A stretch of DNA of 32,000 bases from Xylanibacter ruminicola 23. Its GTDB lineage: Bacteria > Bacteroidota > Bacteroidia > Bacteroidales > Bacteroidaceae. Position numbers and translations under genes: made by a program. This document shows positions 16,310-24,519 of the stretch, piece by piece. The notes below the pieces were generated by a model. The model searched no databases. It had not been told where the DNA came from and was given only the letters and a program-made list of their open reading frames with translations. The number at the start of each line of letters is the position of its first letter. Positions within the stretch are counted from its first letter, which is position 1. Location of the stretch: the NCBI RefSeq assembly GCF_000025925.1, contig NC_014033.1, positions 1,260,001 to 1,292,000 on the forward strand, written 5' to 3'.

Positions 16310-17559
16310 AATTCATCGTCATCGGTATCACAGACAACCCCAACCCCTATTTTCCCCCTGAGGTGATGGCCATCATACGCGATGGAAAGGTGTTTTCTGG
16401 CGGCAAGCGCCACCATGAGATTGTAGCCCCGCTGCTGCCTGCAGATGCCGAATGGATAGACATCACTGTACCGCTCGATGCCGTATTTGATAAGTACTCT
16501 CAACATGCATCACTCCACTCGACCTTTGGTCGCTCGCAAAGCGAGAACACTAGAAACTCAACAGAAATCATCGTCTTTGCTTCTGGGGATCCGCTGTTCT
16601 TTGGGTTTGCGAATACGATTCGTAGGAAGATTCCAGATGCTGAAATCATCGTCTATCCTACCTTCAACTCGCTGCAGTTGCTGGCCCACCGATTGGTGAT
16701 GCCCTATCACGACATGCGTATCGTGTCGCTCACAGGGCGCCCCTGGGCAGAATTCGACAGAGCACTCATCGAGCGCGCACCGAAGATAGGTATTCTAACC
16801 GACCGTGAACATACACCTGCCACGATAGCCCAGCGCATGACCGACTACGGATATACCGATTTCATCATGCACGTGGGCGAGAAATTAGGCAATCCATCGG
16901 AAGAGCACCTTTCTACGCTTTCGCCGAAAGAGGCAATCCATCGTGATTTTGCCATGCCTAATTGCATCATCCTGGAACACCGTGGCGCAGTGCCACCACG
17001 ACCATTCGGCATTCCCGATGCAGCCTTCACACTCCTCGACGGGCGCGAAAAGATGATCACCAAGATGCCCATCCGCTTGTTGACGCTGCAGGCCCTCCAG
17101 TTGACCGGTCGCCATGTGCTCTGGGATATCGGCTTCTGCACAGGTAGCGTCAGCATCGAGGCGCGCCTGCAGTTCCCACACCTGCAAATAGAGGCTTTCG
17201 AGATTCGTCCTGAGTGCGAATCCATCATCCAGCAGAACACTCGGAAGTTTGGCGCGCCAGGCATCCATACCCATATAGGCGACTTCCTAAAGACAGACGT
17301 ATCAGGCCTGCCCCAACCTGATGCTGTATTCATAGGCGGTCATGGAGGAAAACTTAAAGAAATCATAGCTAAGTTGCTGACAGTCATATCAGATAACGGC
17401 ATCATTGTATTCAATAGCGTCACCTCACCGAAGGTCACCACCGACAGTCATCAGCTTTGGGATGAAGCCTGTGCCGAACTCGGTTTGCAGCAATTCCCAC
17501 CCCAACACATACAATTAAATGATTATAACCCCATAGAGATATTATCATGCAAAAAATAG
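16306..17559 (+). CDS. cbiET: Fusion protein: precorrin-6Y/cobalt-precorrin-7 C5-methyltransferase (CbiE) plus cobalt-precorrin-6B C15-methyltransferase, decarboxylating (CbiT); CobL-like
   Basis: 417-aa ORF. The N-terminal methylase shows VFASGDPLFFG. The C-terminal Rossmann methyltransferase shows LWDIGFCTGSVSIEA and FIGGHGG. It carries the 39-nt in-frame repeat module at 16513-16551. Confidence 0.88.
   Translation: MKFIVIGITDNPNPYFPPEVMAIIRDGKVFSGGKRHHEIVAPLLPADAEWIDITVPLDAVFDKYSQHASLHSTFGRSQSENTRNSTEIIVFASGDPLFFGFANTIRRKIPDAEIIVYPTFNSLQLLAHRLVMPYHDMRIVSLTGRPWAEFDRALIERAPKIGILTDREHTPATIAQRMTDYGYTDFIMHVGEKLGNPSEEHLSTLSPKEAIHRDFAMPNCIILEHRGAVPPRPFGIPDAAFTLLDGREKMITKMPIRLLTLQALQLTGRHVLWDIGFCTGSVSIEARLQFPHLQIEAFEIRPECESIIQQNTRKFGAPGIHTHIGDFLKTDVSGLPQPDAVFIGGHGGKLKEIIAKLLTVISDNGIIVFNSVTSPKVTTDSHQLWDEACAELGLQQFPPQHIQLNDYNPIEILSCKK
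16513..16551 (+). repeat. 39-nt hairpin-containing repeat module, copy A, in frame inside cbiET (encodes LHSTFGRSQSENT)
   Basis: ctccactcgacctttggtcgctcgcaaagcgagaacact is 34/39 identical to 25192-25230 and is read in the same frame. The core hairpin is CTCGC-AAA-GCGAG. Confidence 0.8.
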
Positions 17560-19322
17560 CCATCATACAGATTAGCGATGCTGGCAGCGAAATCGCCAGT
17601 CAGTTGCAGTGCGAACTCGGTGCCGAACTCATCCAACGAACCGATGTTGGTAACCAATGGGCAGCCTATGATGCCTTCGTTTTCATCGGTGCCATGGGCA
17701 TCTGCGTGCGCACCATCGCCCCTTACATCGAAGACAAGCATACCGACCCGGCCGTGGTCTGCATCGACAGTTTTGGGCTCAACGTCATCTCCGTTCTCTC
17801 CGGCCATATCGGTGGCGCCAACGACTTGACACGCCACATTGCCGCCCATCTTGGTGCGCACGAAGTGATCACCACCCAGAGCGACAATGCCGGACTGTGG
17901 GCACTCGACACGTTGGACAAGCAGTTCAACTGGAATATGGTGGGGTTTGACGATATCAACGCGTGCATCAGCGCTTTCGTGAATCGCGAGCCCACTGCAC
18001 TGCTCATGGATATCCGCGACGCAGGTACCGACTTTCTGGAGCGCACCCTGCCCGACCATGTCACCATCGTCAACAGCATAGATGAGGTTACCCCCAAAAG
18101 ATTCAGACTGCTTATCCAGGTGACGCCCTACATCATCGACACCCCACCAGGCGTACTCAAGGTGTGCTATGTGCCAAAGGTAGGCGTACTGGGATTTGGT
18201 CTGGCTAGTCATCCAGCCAACTACGAGCACATCCTTGAAGAAATCGACGAGGCCATCACTGACAACGATATCATGCCTTGCTACAAGCGCTTCTGCACCA
18301 TCGATGTGAAGCGGGATGAGGAGTTCTGCGCCAAACTCCAAAAAGAAACAAATAGCGAGGTGGTATATTACACCGGCGAGGAGTTGGCCAAAGTAGAAGT
18401 ACCCAATCCCAGCGAAACCGTAGAGAAACATGTGGGCACGCCCTCAGTCTGCGAGGCAGCGGCTATTCTCGGTTCCAACCACGGCAAACTGATTCTTCCT
18501 AAGATAAAAGGTAAGAACTGGACGGCGGCCTTGGCCATCGACCACAAATACCTGCGCGAGCAGAAAGGACACATAGAGATTGTAGGCGCAGGCCCTGGCG
18601 ATCCCGATTTGGTAAGTGTACGAGGACGCAAGATGCTCGAAAGGGCTGATTTGATACTCTATGCAGGCTCACTTGTTCCAAAGGCTTTGACGGAGTGCCA
18701 CAAGCCAGGAGCAGTAGTTCGTTCGTCAGCTGATATGGCACTCGAGGAACAATGCGAGCTGATGAAGAAGTTCTATGACGAGGGCAAATTCATCGTGCGC
18801 CTCCATACAGGCGACCCATGTATCTTTGGCGCTATCCAGGAACAGATGGCCTTCTTCGATGCCAACCACATGGAATACCATATCACTCCAGGCATCAGCT
18901 CGTTTCTGGCGGCAGCAGCCGAACTGCAGAGTCAGTTCACGATTCCAGAGCGCTGTCAGACGATTATTCTGACCCGTGGCGAAGGACGCACACCCATGCC
19001 CGAGAAAGAACAGTTGCACCTGTTGGCCAAGAGTCAGAGCACGATGTGCATCTTCCTCTCAGCCAGTATCGTAGATGATGTGCAGCGCGAACTGCTGCAG
19101 GAGTACCCCGAGGATACGCCCGTAGCTGCCTGCTATCACCTTACCTGGCCCGACCAGAAGATCTATCGCGGAGTACTTAAAGATTTAGCTCAGATAGTTC
19201 ACGATAACCACTTGACGCTCACCACGATGCTCGTTGTTGGAGAGGCTATCGACAACCGTCAAGGACTGTCTGAACTCTATTCAAAAAACTTCACTCATCT
19301 ATTCCGAAAAGGCAAAGCATGA
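17547..19322 (+). CDS. cbiGF: Fusion protein: cobalt-precorrin-5A hydrolase (CbiG, N-terminal) plus cobalt-precorrin-4 C11-methyltransferase (CbiF/CobM, C-terminal)
   Basis: 591-aa ORF. The N-terminal roughly 330 aa are CbiG-like (FIGAMGICVRTIAP, VLSGHIGGAN, VCEAAAIL). From about residue 342 it has tetrapyrrole methylase motifs (IEIVGAGPGDPDLVSVRG, VRLHTGDPCIFGA). It overlaps cbiET by 13 nt. Confidence 0.88.
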   Translation: MQKIAIIQISDAGSEIASQLQCELGAELIQRTDVGNQWAAYDAFVFIGAMGICVRTIAPYIEDKHTDPAVVCIDSFGLNVISVLSGHIGGANDLTRHIAAHLGAHEVITTQSDNAGLWALDTLDKQFNWNMVGFDDINACISAFVNREPTALLMDIRDAGTDFLERTLPDHVTIVNSIDEVTPKRFRLLIQVTPYIIDTPPGVLKVCYVPKVGVLGFGLASHPANYEHILEEIDEAITDNDIMPCYKRFCTIDVKRDEEFCAKLQKETNSEVVYYTGEELAKVEVPNPSETVEKHVGTPSVCEAAAILGSNHGKLILPKIKGKNWTAALAIDHKYLREQKGHIEIVGAGPGDPDLVSVRGRKMLERADLILYAGSLVPKALTECHKPGAVVRSSADMALEEQCELMKKFYDEGKFIVRLHTGDPCIFGAIQEQMAFFDANHMEYHITPGISSFLAAAAELQSQFTIPERCQTIILTRGEGRTPMPEKEQLHLLAKSQSTMCIFLSASIVDDVQRELLQEYPEDTPVAACYHLTWPDQKIYRGVLKDLAQIVHDNHLTLTTMLVVGEAIDNRQGLSELYSKNFTHLFRKGKA

Positions 19323-21088
19323 TACTGGTATTTGGTGGAACAACAGAGGGACGCAAAGCCGTGGAGGTGTTGGAAGAAGGGGGTTCGCCCTACTTCTACA
19401 GCACAAAGACCGGCGAGCAGGACATCACGCTGCAGCATGGTGTGCGCATAGACGGCGCACTCGATGAGGCAGCAATGATGCACTTTTGCACCGAGCACGG
19501 CATCCGGATGATAGTGGATGCCGCCCACCCCTTTGCAGCACTGTTGCACCAGACCATTGCCAAGACTGCCAGCGCACTCTCGCTGCCCGTAGTACGCTTT
19601 GAACGCATCTACCCGCCATGCGACCCTGCCATCACCTGGATTGACGACTACACCCAGATACCACACGACATCCATAGCCTTCTCGCCACCACCGGCGTGC
19701 AGAGCATCAGCAAACTGAAACCGCTCGCGGCCGATGGAATCAGTATCTTTTATCGCATCCTCAACCGACCGTCGTCGATCGCCTTAGCTCTGAAACAAGG
19801 TGCCACCCAAGCGCAGCTATGCTATTACGACGACCCCAATGATATACCCGTTCAAGCAGACGCTATCTTATTGAAAGAAAGCGGTTTATCAGGCGGATTT
19901 ACAGAAAAGGTAGTAGCAGCCAAAGCCTGCGGCATGCGTGTGATAGCCATCAAGCGCCCAGAACAGCCCAAATCATTCATCGTGGTTGACGGTCCTTACG
20001 GGTTACGGAGAATGGTAGAGAAGCTACTGCCAGAGTTCTATCCCCTGCATAGCGGACTCACCACGGGCACCTGTGCCACAGCAGCAGCGGTGGCAGCCTG
20101 CATCCGACTGACTTCAGGCGAGATGCCTGCCGAAGTGCCTGTGATGCTGCCTAACGGCGAGACCATCCATGTAGCAGTGAGCTATGGCGACGACTATGTC
20201 GCCTGCATCAAAGAAGCCGGCGACGACCCGGATGTTACCAATGGCATCGAGGTCAGGGCCCAGGTCACCGAATCCGATCACTTTGAGATTCTTGGTGGCG
20301 AGGGTGTTGGCAGGTTTACGCTGCCTGGCTTCGATTATCCCCCAGGCGAGGCTGCCATCAACAAGGCACCACGGGAGATGATTCGCCAGAACTTAGAAAG
20401 ATTGAAGATGGAAGATGGAAGATTGAAGATTGTGATTAGTGTGCCGCAGGGGGCTGAGATTGCGCGCAGGACTTTTAATCCGCGATTGGGGATTGAAGGG
20501 GGCATCTCCATCATTGGTGTTTCGGGCATCGTAAAGCCGTTTAGCGAGGAGGCGTTTGTGGATAGTATCCGTAAGTGTATGACGGTGGCTAAGGCGTCTC
20601 AATCGGCAAGAGTGGTGATCAATAGCGGCGGAAAGAGTGAGCGGTTTGTGAAGGCCCTCTACCCCGAGCTGCCCCAACAGGCGTTTGTGGAGTATGGCAA
20701 CTATATTGGCGAGACGCTCAAGATAGCCCACGAACTGGATATACGCAGCATCACACTCGGCGTGATGATAGGCAAAGCTGTCAAACTGGCGGCTGGTCAT
20801 CTCGACACGCATAGCAAACGCGCCACCATGGATAAAGCGTTTATCAGTGAGATGCTGCACGAGGCCCATTGCGATATCGACATCAGCGATATCACCTTGG
20901 CACGCGAGATATGGGAGAGACTCTCCCCAGAACAACAACAGGATTTTGCCGACGTCATCATCAGCCATTGCGCCGCTTATTGTCAACCGCTACTGCCCAA
21001 TGGCGAGTTGACTATTCTTCTGATTGCCGACGACGGAACAATACTACCGCTATCACCGGCGCACCAACCAGTGCCGTCACGGAGTTAA
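19319..21088 (+). CDS. cbiJD: Fusion protein: cobalt-precorrin-6A reductase (CbiJ/CobK, N-terminal) plus cobalt-precorrin-5B C1-methyltransferase (CbiD, C-terminal)
   Basis: 589-aa ORF. The N-terminus MILVFGGTTEGR and DAAHPFA are CbiJ-like. From about residue 241 it is CbiD-like (GLTTGTCATAAAVAA, NPRLGIEGGISIIGVSGIVKPFS). ATGA overlap with cbiGF. The last 77 nt overlap the convergent permease gene. Confidence 0.88.
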   Translation: MILVFGGTTEGRKAVEVLEEGGSPYFYSTKTGEQDITLQHGVRIDGALDEAAMMHFCTEHGIRMIVDAAHPFAALLHQTIAKTASALSLPVVRFERIYPPCDPAITWIDDYTQIPHDIHSLLATTGVQSISKLKPLAADGISIFYRILNRPSSIALALKQGATQAQLCYYDDPNDIPVQADAILLKESGLSGGFTEKVVAAKACGMRVIAIKRPEQPKSFIVVDGPYGLRRMVEKLLPEFYPLHSGLTTGTCATAAAVAACIRLTSGEMPAEVPVMLPNGETIHVAVSYGDDYVACIKEAGDDPDVTNGIEVRAQVTESDHFEILGGEGVGRFTLPGFDYPPGEAAINKAPREMIRQNLERLKMEDGRLKIVISVPQGAEIARRTFNPRLGIEGGISIIGVSGIVKPFSEEAFVDSIRKCMTVAKASQSARVVINSGGKSERFVKALYPELPQQAFVEYGNYIGETLKIAHELDIRSITLGVMIGKAVKLAAGHLDTHSKRATMDKAFISEMLHEAHCDIDISDITLAREIWERLSPEQQQDFADVIISHCAAYCQPLLPNGELTILLIADDGTILPLSPAHQPVPSRS

Positions 21089-22031
21089 CGGGCAGTGCAC
21101 CCTCGAAACCAGGCATACGGGCTATGAGATTGCATACCAGCGCCAAGGCCGCCCCACAAAACATCGTGGCAGGCATCAGCACGCGGTGATCGCTACTGCC
21201 AAACAAGGCGCGCGCCAGATGGGGCACCGCCAATCCGATAAACATGATAGGTCCGCAATAAGCTGTGACGATGGCCACCAGCACACCCGAGCTCAGAATC
21301 ACCAGCAGTCGGGCACGCTTGATGTTCAGTCCCAGATTGGCAGCATATCTATCGCCCAGAAGCAGCAGATTCATCGGTTTCACCAGCAGGCAGGCCAGCG
21401 GCAGCAGCACACACATCAGTACCACAAACAGCACCATTTCATCGCCCGATACGCGCGAGAACGAGCCTAAGCCCCACACCACAAATGCCTTCACATCCTC
21501 TTCGGGCGAGAGAAACTTCAGTACACCGATGATGGCATTGGCCAGATAACCTATCATCACACCGATAATCAGCAGCGTCACATTTCCCTTCACCTTCTGT
21601 GAGAGCCATACGATGAGCATCATCACCGCCAGGGCACCGATGATAGCCGCCACACTCATGGCAGCATCGCCCAGATAACCCAGTCGGCTCAGTGCCACGC
21701 CACCTATCCTACCCGACAGTAGCACCACGAAAGCCACACCAAGCGCCGAACCATTGGAGATACCCAATACCGAAGGTCCTGCCAACGGATTGCGGAACAC
21801 CGTCTGCATCTGCAGTCCGCTCACCGCCAGTCCGGCACCAGCCACAACAGCCGTCATCACCTGTGGTAGTCGTGATTGCCAGATAATATTCGTCCATATC
21901 TCGTTGGAGGTATCACCAGCCAGAATGCGGCACACATCCCCCACCGGAATCTCTACCGACCCCAGCAGCAGGTTTACAATCGCCAGCACAGCGATACCCA
22001 GCAACAGTGCTATGAACTTCGGTGCTTTCAT
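21012..22031 (-). CDS. ABC transporter permease, FecCD/BtuC family (corrinoid/heme/siderophore type)
   Basis: 339-aa polytopic ORF with typical FecCD motifs: GAGLAVSGLQMQTVFRNPLAGPSVLGISNG, IMFIGLAVPHLAR, LPVNSVTALVGAPV. It overlaps the upstream binding-protein gene by 4 nt. Confidence 0.88.
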   Translation of the reverse strand: MKAPKFIALLLGIAVLAIVNLLLGSVEIPVGDVCRILAGDTSNEIWTNIIWQSRLPQVMTAVVAGAGLAVSGLQMQTVFRNPLAGPSVLGISNGSALGVAFVVLLSGRIGGVALSRLGYLGDAAMSVAAIIGALAVMMLIVWLSQKVKGNVTLLIIGVMIGYLANAIIGVLKFLSPEEDVKAFVVWGLGSFSRVSGDEMVLFVVLMCVLLPLACLLVKPMNLLLLGDRYAANLGLNIKRARLLVILSSGVLVAIVTAYCGPIMFIGLAVPHLARALFGSSDHRVLMPATMFCGAALALVCNLIARMPGFEGALPVNSVTALVGAPVIAVVLFRRRQSEE

Positions 22032-23131
22032 TTCAGCAAGCGATAGAATGTAGGTTTATAATCAGACTCCACCAGTTCTGGATGGAAGATAGCCACAAAA
22101 TCCTTCAGCAGCACGTCGGGCCTCACGGGCGATATCTCGTAATAGGCCGTCTGCTTCATGTTGCAGTAGATCACCTTTTTCTCCTTATAAGCCTTGAAGA
22201 GCTCGTTGCGCGGTTCAGATGCCTTCAGCGCCTCGTACGAGAACTCACCAGGATAACTATTCAAGATGCGCCAGTAGTCGGCATTGGCTGCCAAGGCATA
22301 CATCTTCTCAAACTCCAAGTCTTCGCCACTGGTCTCCTCATCGTCGATCACGTAGTCGGCTCCTGCATCGCGGAATATCTGAGCCAGATAGTTCTTGCCG
22401 CCCACCGCATGCCAGTTGCCGTAGTGCATCTCACCACTCAGCACGGTGGGGCGTTTTGTCACGTTCTGTGTTTTCTCTTTCAGAGCGTTATACCGACTCT
22501 CTATACCGGCAAACACCTCGTTGGCCTGCTGCTCCTTACCTATCAGCATACCCACAAACTTGATCCATTCAGCCTGTCCCAGTGGGTCGAGCTCTTTATA
22601 GCCCAGATGGGGCACTAGTGTGATACCCGTCTCCTTGATTGCGTCATAACCGCCACGTTTAGAGGGAGATATCAGGATTATCTGAGGATTTGCTGCAAGC
22701 ACTATTTCGGTATCAAAATTACCCTCCATACCTATCTTTACAATCTTGCCTTCCTTCACGCGTTGCAGGATATCCTGGTTATAGAGGTTCTTGGTGCCAG
22801 TGATGCCCTTCACCACATCGTGCGCATCCAGGGCGGTGAAGTTAGACAGTTGCAGGGCCGTCATACAGATGGTGCGCGTGATGGGCACCTGAATCCTGGT
22901 ATAGCCCTCAGGCGCGTCGGCATCCGATTTCATCAGTGCAAAATGATACTTTTCACCGATATTCACCAGTCGCACGCCGGCCGAATCCTTCACGCTGAAC
23001 CCTGTGGCATATTTCACTGTGATAGCAGCGGTAGAGTCGGCCTCACCATCGCCCTGCGCCTGTTGCACACCCTTACCCTTGCACCCCACAAAGAGTGCTG
23101 CAGCCACTATCATCCATGCTATTTTCTTCAT
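22028..23131 (-). CDS. ABC transporter substrate-binding lipoprotein, BtuF/Peripla_BP_2-like
   Basis: 367-aa ORF with a lipoprotein signal (MKKIAWMIVAAALFVG|C). Its size, layout and pairing with a FecCD permease inside a B12 cluster fit a class III binding protein. Confidence 0.75.
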   Translation of the reverse strand: MKKIAWMIVAAALFVGCKGKGVQQAQGDGEADSTAAITVKYATGFSVKDSAGVRLVNIGEKYHFALMKSDADAPEGYTRIQVPITRTICMTALQLSNFTALDAHDVVKGITGTKNLYNQDILQRVKEGKIVKIGMEGNFDTEIVLAANPQIILISPSKRGGYDAIKETGITLVPHLGYKELDPLGQAEWIKFVGMLIGKEQQANEVFAGIESRYNALKEKTQNVTKRPTVLSGEMHYGNWHAVGGKNYLAQIFRDAGADYVIDDEETSGEDLEFEKMYALAANADYWRILNSYPGEFSYEALKASEPRNELFKAYKEKKVIYCNMKQTAYYEISPVRPDVLLKDFVAIFHPELVESDYKPTFYRLLK

Positions 23132-23160
23132 TTTTTATCATTTTATTGGTTTCGTGTGTG

Positions 23161-23168
23161 CAAAAGTA
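23161..23168 (-). promoter_or_regulatory. Candidate -7 promoter box (TACTTTTG on the minus strand) for the btuF-like/btuC-like operon
   Basis: Plus-strand caaaagta is the reverse complement of TAnnTTTG. It lies about 30 nt upstream of the ATG at 23131. Confidence 0.45.
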
Positions 23169-23181
23169 CAAAAAGTTTTCA

Positions 23182-23189
23182 TATCTTTG
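23182..23189 (+). promoter_or_regulatory. Candidate -7 promoter box (TATCTTTG) for cobS-cobU-cobT
   Basis: Matches TAnnTTTG, 19 nt upstream of the ATG at 23208. It stands back-to-back with the minus-strand box 13 nt away. Confidence 0.5.
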
Positions 23190-23207
23190 CCCTCAAAAAC
23201 GAAAATT

Positions 23208-23987
23208 ATGCAGATAAATATTGATCAGACACATTGGTACGACAGGATATGGGCGGCACTGATATTTTTTACGCGGTTGCCTTTCTGGCGATTGCATCAG
23301 CCGCCTAAGGCTTGTTATGCCACGGTAGTGGAACACTGGCCACTGACAGGTTGGCTCACCGGCGGCACCATGGCTGCCACGCTCTATTTCGGCAGTTGGT
23401 ATCTACCTTATTCGATAGCCGTATTGCTGGCCATCGTGGTACGACTCCTGCTGACAGGCGCGCTTCATGAAGACGGATTGGCCGACTTTCTGGATGGTTT
23501 TGGTGGTGGCGGCAGTAACCGCGAACGTATCTTGGCCATCATGAAAGATTCGCATATCGGCACCTATGGCGTTATCGGTTTGATTTGCTACGAACTGTTG
23601 CTATTTGCTGCTTTGTTCGCCATGCCTCCCGCTTTGGCTGCACTCACCATCTTGGTCGCCGATCCATATGCCAAAATGGTTACTTCGCAACTCATCATTA
23701 TGATGCCATATGCCCGCAATATCGAGGAGTCGAAAGCTCGTACCGTATATCGTAAAATCAGTGTAAAGGCTGGTATAGGGTTAGCCATTCAAGGGCTCCT
23801 GCCAATGGCGGCTTACATCTGGTACACGGGCATGCGCTGGGATCTGATTATCTTCCTTCCTGCCCTCGTGATGTATTTCCTTTATCTGCTCATCTGGCGC
23901 AAGATTCACGGCTATACCGGCGACTGCTGCGGTGCCGTTTGCCTGTTGGTTGAGTTGAGTGTTTATTTGGTTGTTTGTACGCAATGA
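23208..23987 (+). CDS. cobS: Adenosylcobinamide-GDP ribazoletransferase (cobalamin synthase)
   Basis: I place the start at the ATG at 23208 (MQINIDQTHWYDRIWAALIFFTRLPFW). The track's longer ORF from 23004 overlaps the btuF-like gene and both promoter boxes. It is a polytopic membrane protein with the CobS motifs LHEDGLADFLDGFGGG and GYTGDCCGA. Confidence 0.9.
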   Translation: MQINIDQTHWYDRIWAALIFFTRLPFWRLHQPPKACYATVVEHWPLTGWLTGGTMAATLYFGSWYLPYSIAVLLAIVVRLLLTGALHEDGLADFLDGFGGGGSNRERILAIMKDSHIGTYGVIGLICYELLLFAALFAMPPALAALTILVADPYAKMVTSQLIIMMPYARNIEESKARTVYRKISVKAGIGLAIQGLLPMAAYIWYTGMRWDLIIFLPALVMYFLYLLIWRKIHGYTGDCCGAVCLLVELSVYLVVCTQ

Positions 23988-24493
23988 AAAAGATTATATT
24001 GATTACAGGCGGTCAGCGCTCGGGTAAGAGCACCAAAGCCGAAGAACTAGCGCTGCAAATGAGCGCGAATCCCGTTTACTTAGCCACCGCCCATATCTGG
24101 GACGATGAGTTTCGTGAACGAGTACGTAAGCACCAAGAGCGCCGCGGTCCGGAGTGGACGAATATCGAGGAGGAGAAATACCTCTCGAAGCACGACCTCA
24201 CGGGGCGTGTGGTGGTGATAGACTGCGTGACGCTGTGGCTGACGAACTGGATTTCGACTGAAACCACCGACATCGACACAATCCTAACAGCAGCGAAACA
24301 AGAGTTCGACCAATTCACCGCTCCCGATGCCACCTATATCTTCGTGACCAACGAGATAGGACTGGGTGGTGTGAGCACCAACCAACTGCAGCGGCGATTT
24401 ACCGACCTGCAAGGTTGGATGAATCAATACATCGCCCAGAAGGCCGACGAGGTTATCCTCATGGTCAGCGGCATCCCAGTAAAAATCAAATAA
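23984..24493 (+). CDS. cobU: Bifunctional adenosylcobinamide kinase / adenosylcobinamide-phosphate guanylyltransferase
   Basis: MKKIILITGGQRSGKS P-loop, VIDCVTLWLTN and FVTNEIGLGGV. The ATG at 23984 overlaps the cobS stop (ATGA). The track's start at 23975 is a TTG. Confidence 0.92.
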   Translation: MKKIILITGGQRSGKSTKAEELALQMSANPVYLATAHIWDDEFRERVRKHQERRGPEWTNIEEEKYLSKHDLTGRVVVIDCVTLWLTNWISTETTDIDTILTAAKQEFDQFTAPDATYIFVTNEIGLGGVSTNQLQRRFTDLQGWMNQYIAQKADEVILMVSGIPVKIK

Positions 24494-24519
24494 ATCCCTG
24501 TTAATCCGTGCCTAAAAAA

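Noticed and set aside
16498-16563. Direct repeat ctcaaca flanking repeat-module copy A (16498-16504 and 16557-16563) as a target-site duplication
   Set aside because: The spacing is 59 nt, which is not a multiple of three, so excising one repeat plus the insert would break the frame. A 7-mer match is also weak. Only the cobT copy has a convincing in-frame flanking duplication.
17523-18431. 302-aa minus-strand ORF
   Set aside because: It is antisense to cbiGF, has no motifs and no plausible promoter, and the sense frame is strongly CbiG-like. It is a shadow ORF. The same reasoning applies to 17723-18097, 18368-18741 and 18726-19019.
20397-20436. Degenerate tandem repeat GAAGAT[G/T] (gaaagattgaagatggaagatggaagattgaagattg) inside the CbiD domain, encoding ERLKMEDGRLKI
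   Set aside because: I first suspected an insertion or a slippage-prone tract. The encoded segment has about the same length as the corresponding region of other CbiD proteins (between the PREMI motif and the V-ISVP strand) and stays in frame. It is probably just codon repetition. A strain comparison would be the only way to show length variation.
23004-23207. 68-codon N-terminal extension of cobS
   Set aside because: It overlaps the 5' end of the divergent btuF-like gene and both candidate promoter boxes. The ATG at 23208 begins the conserved CobS N-terminus.
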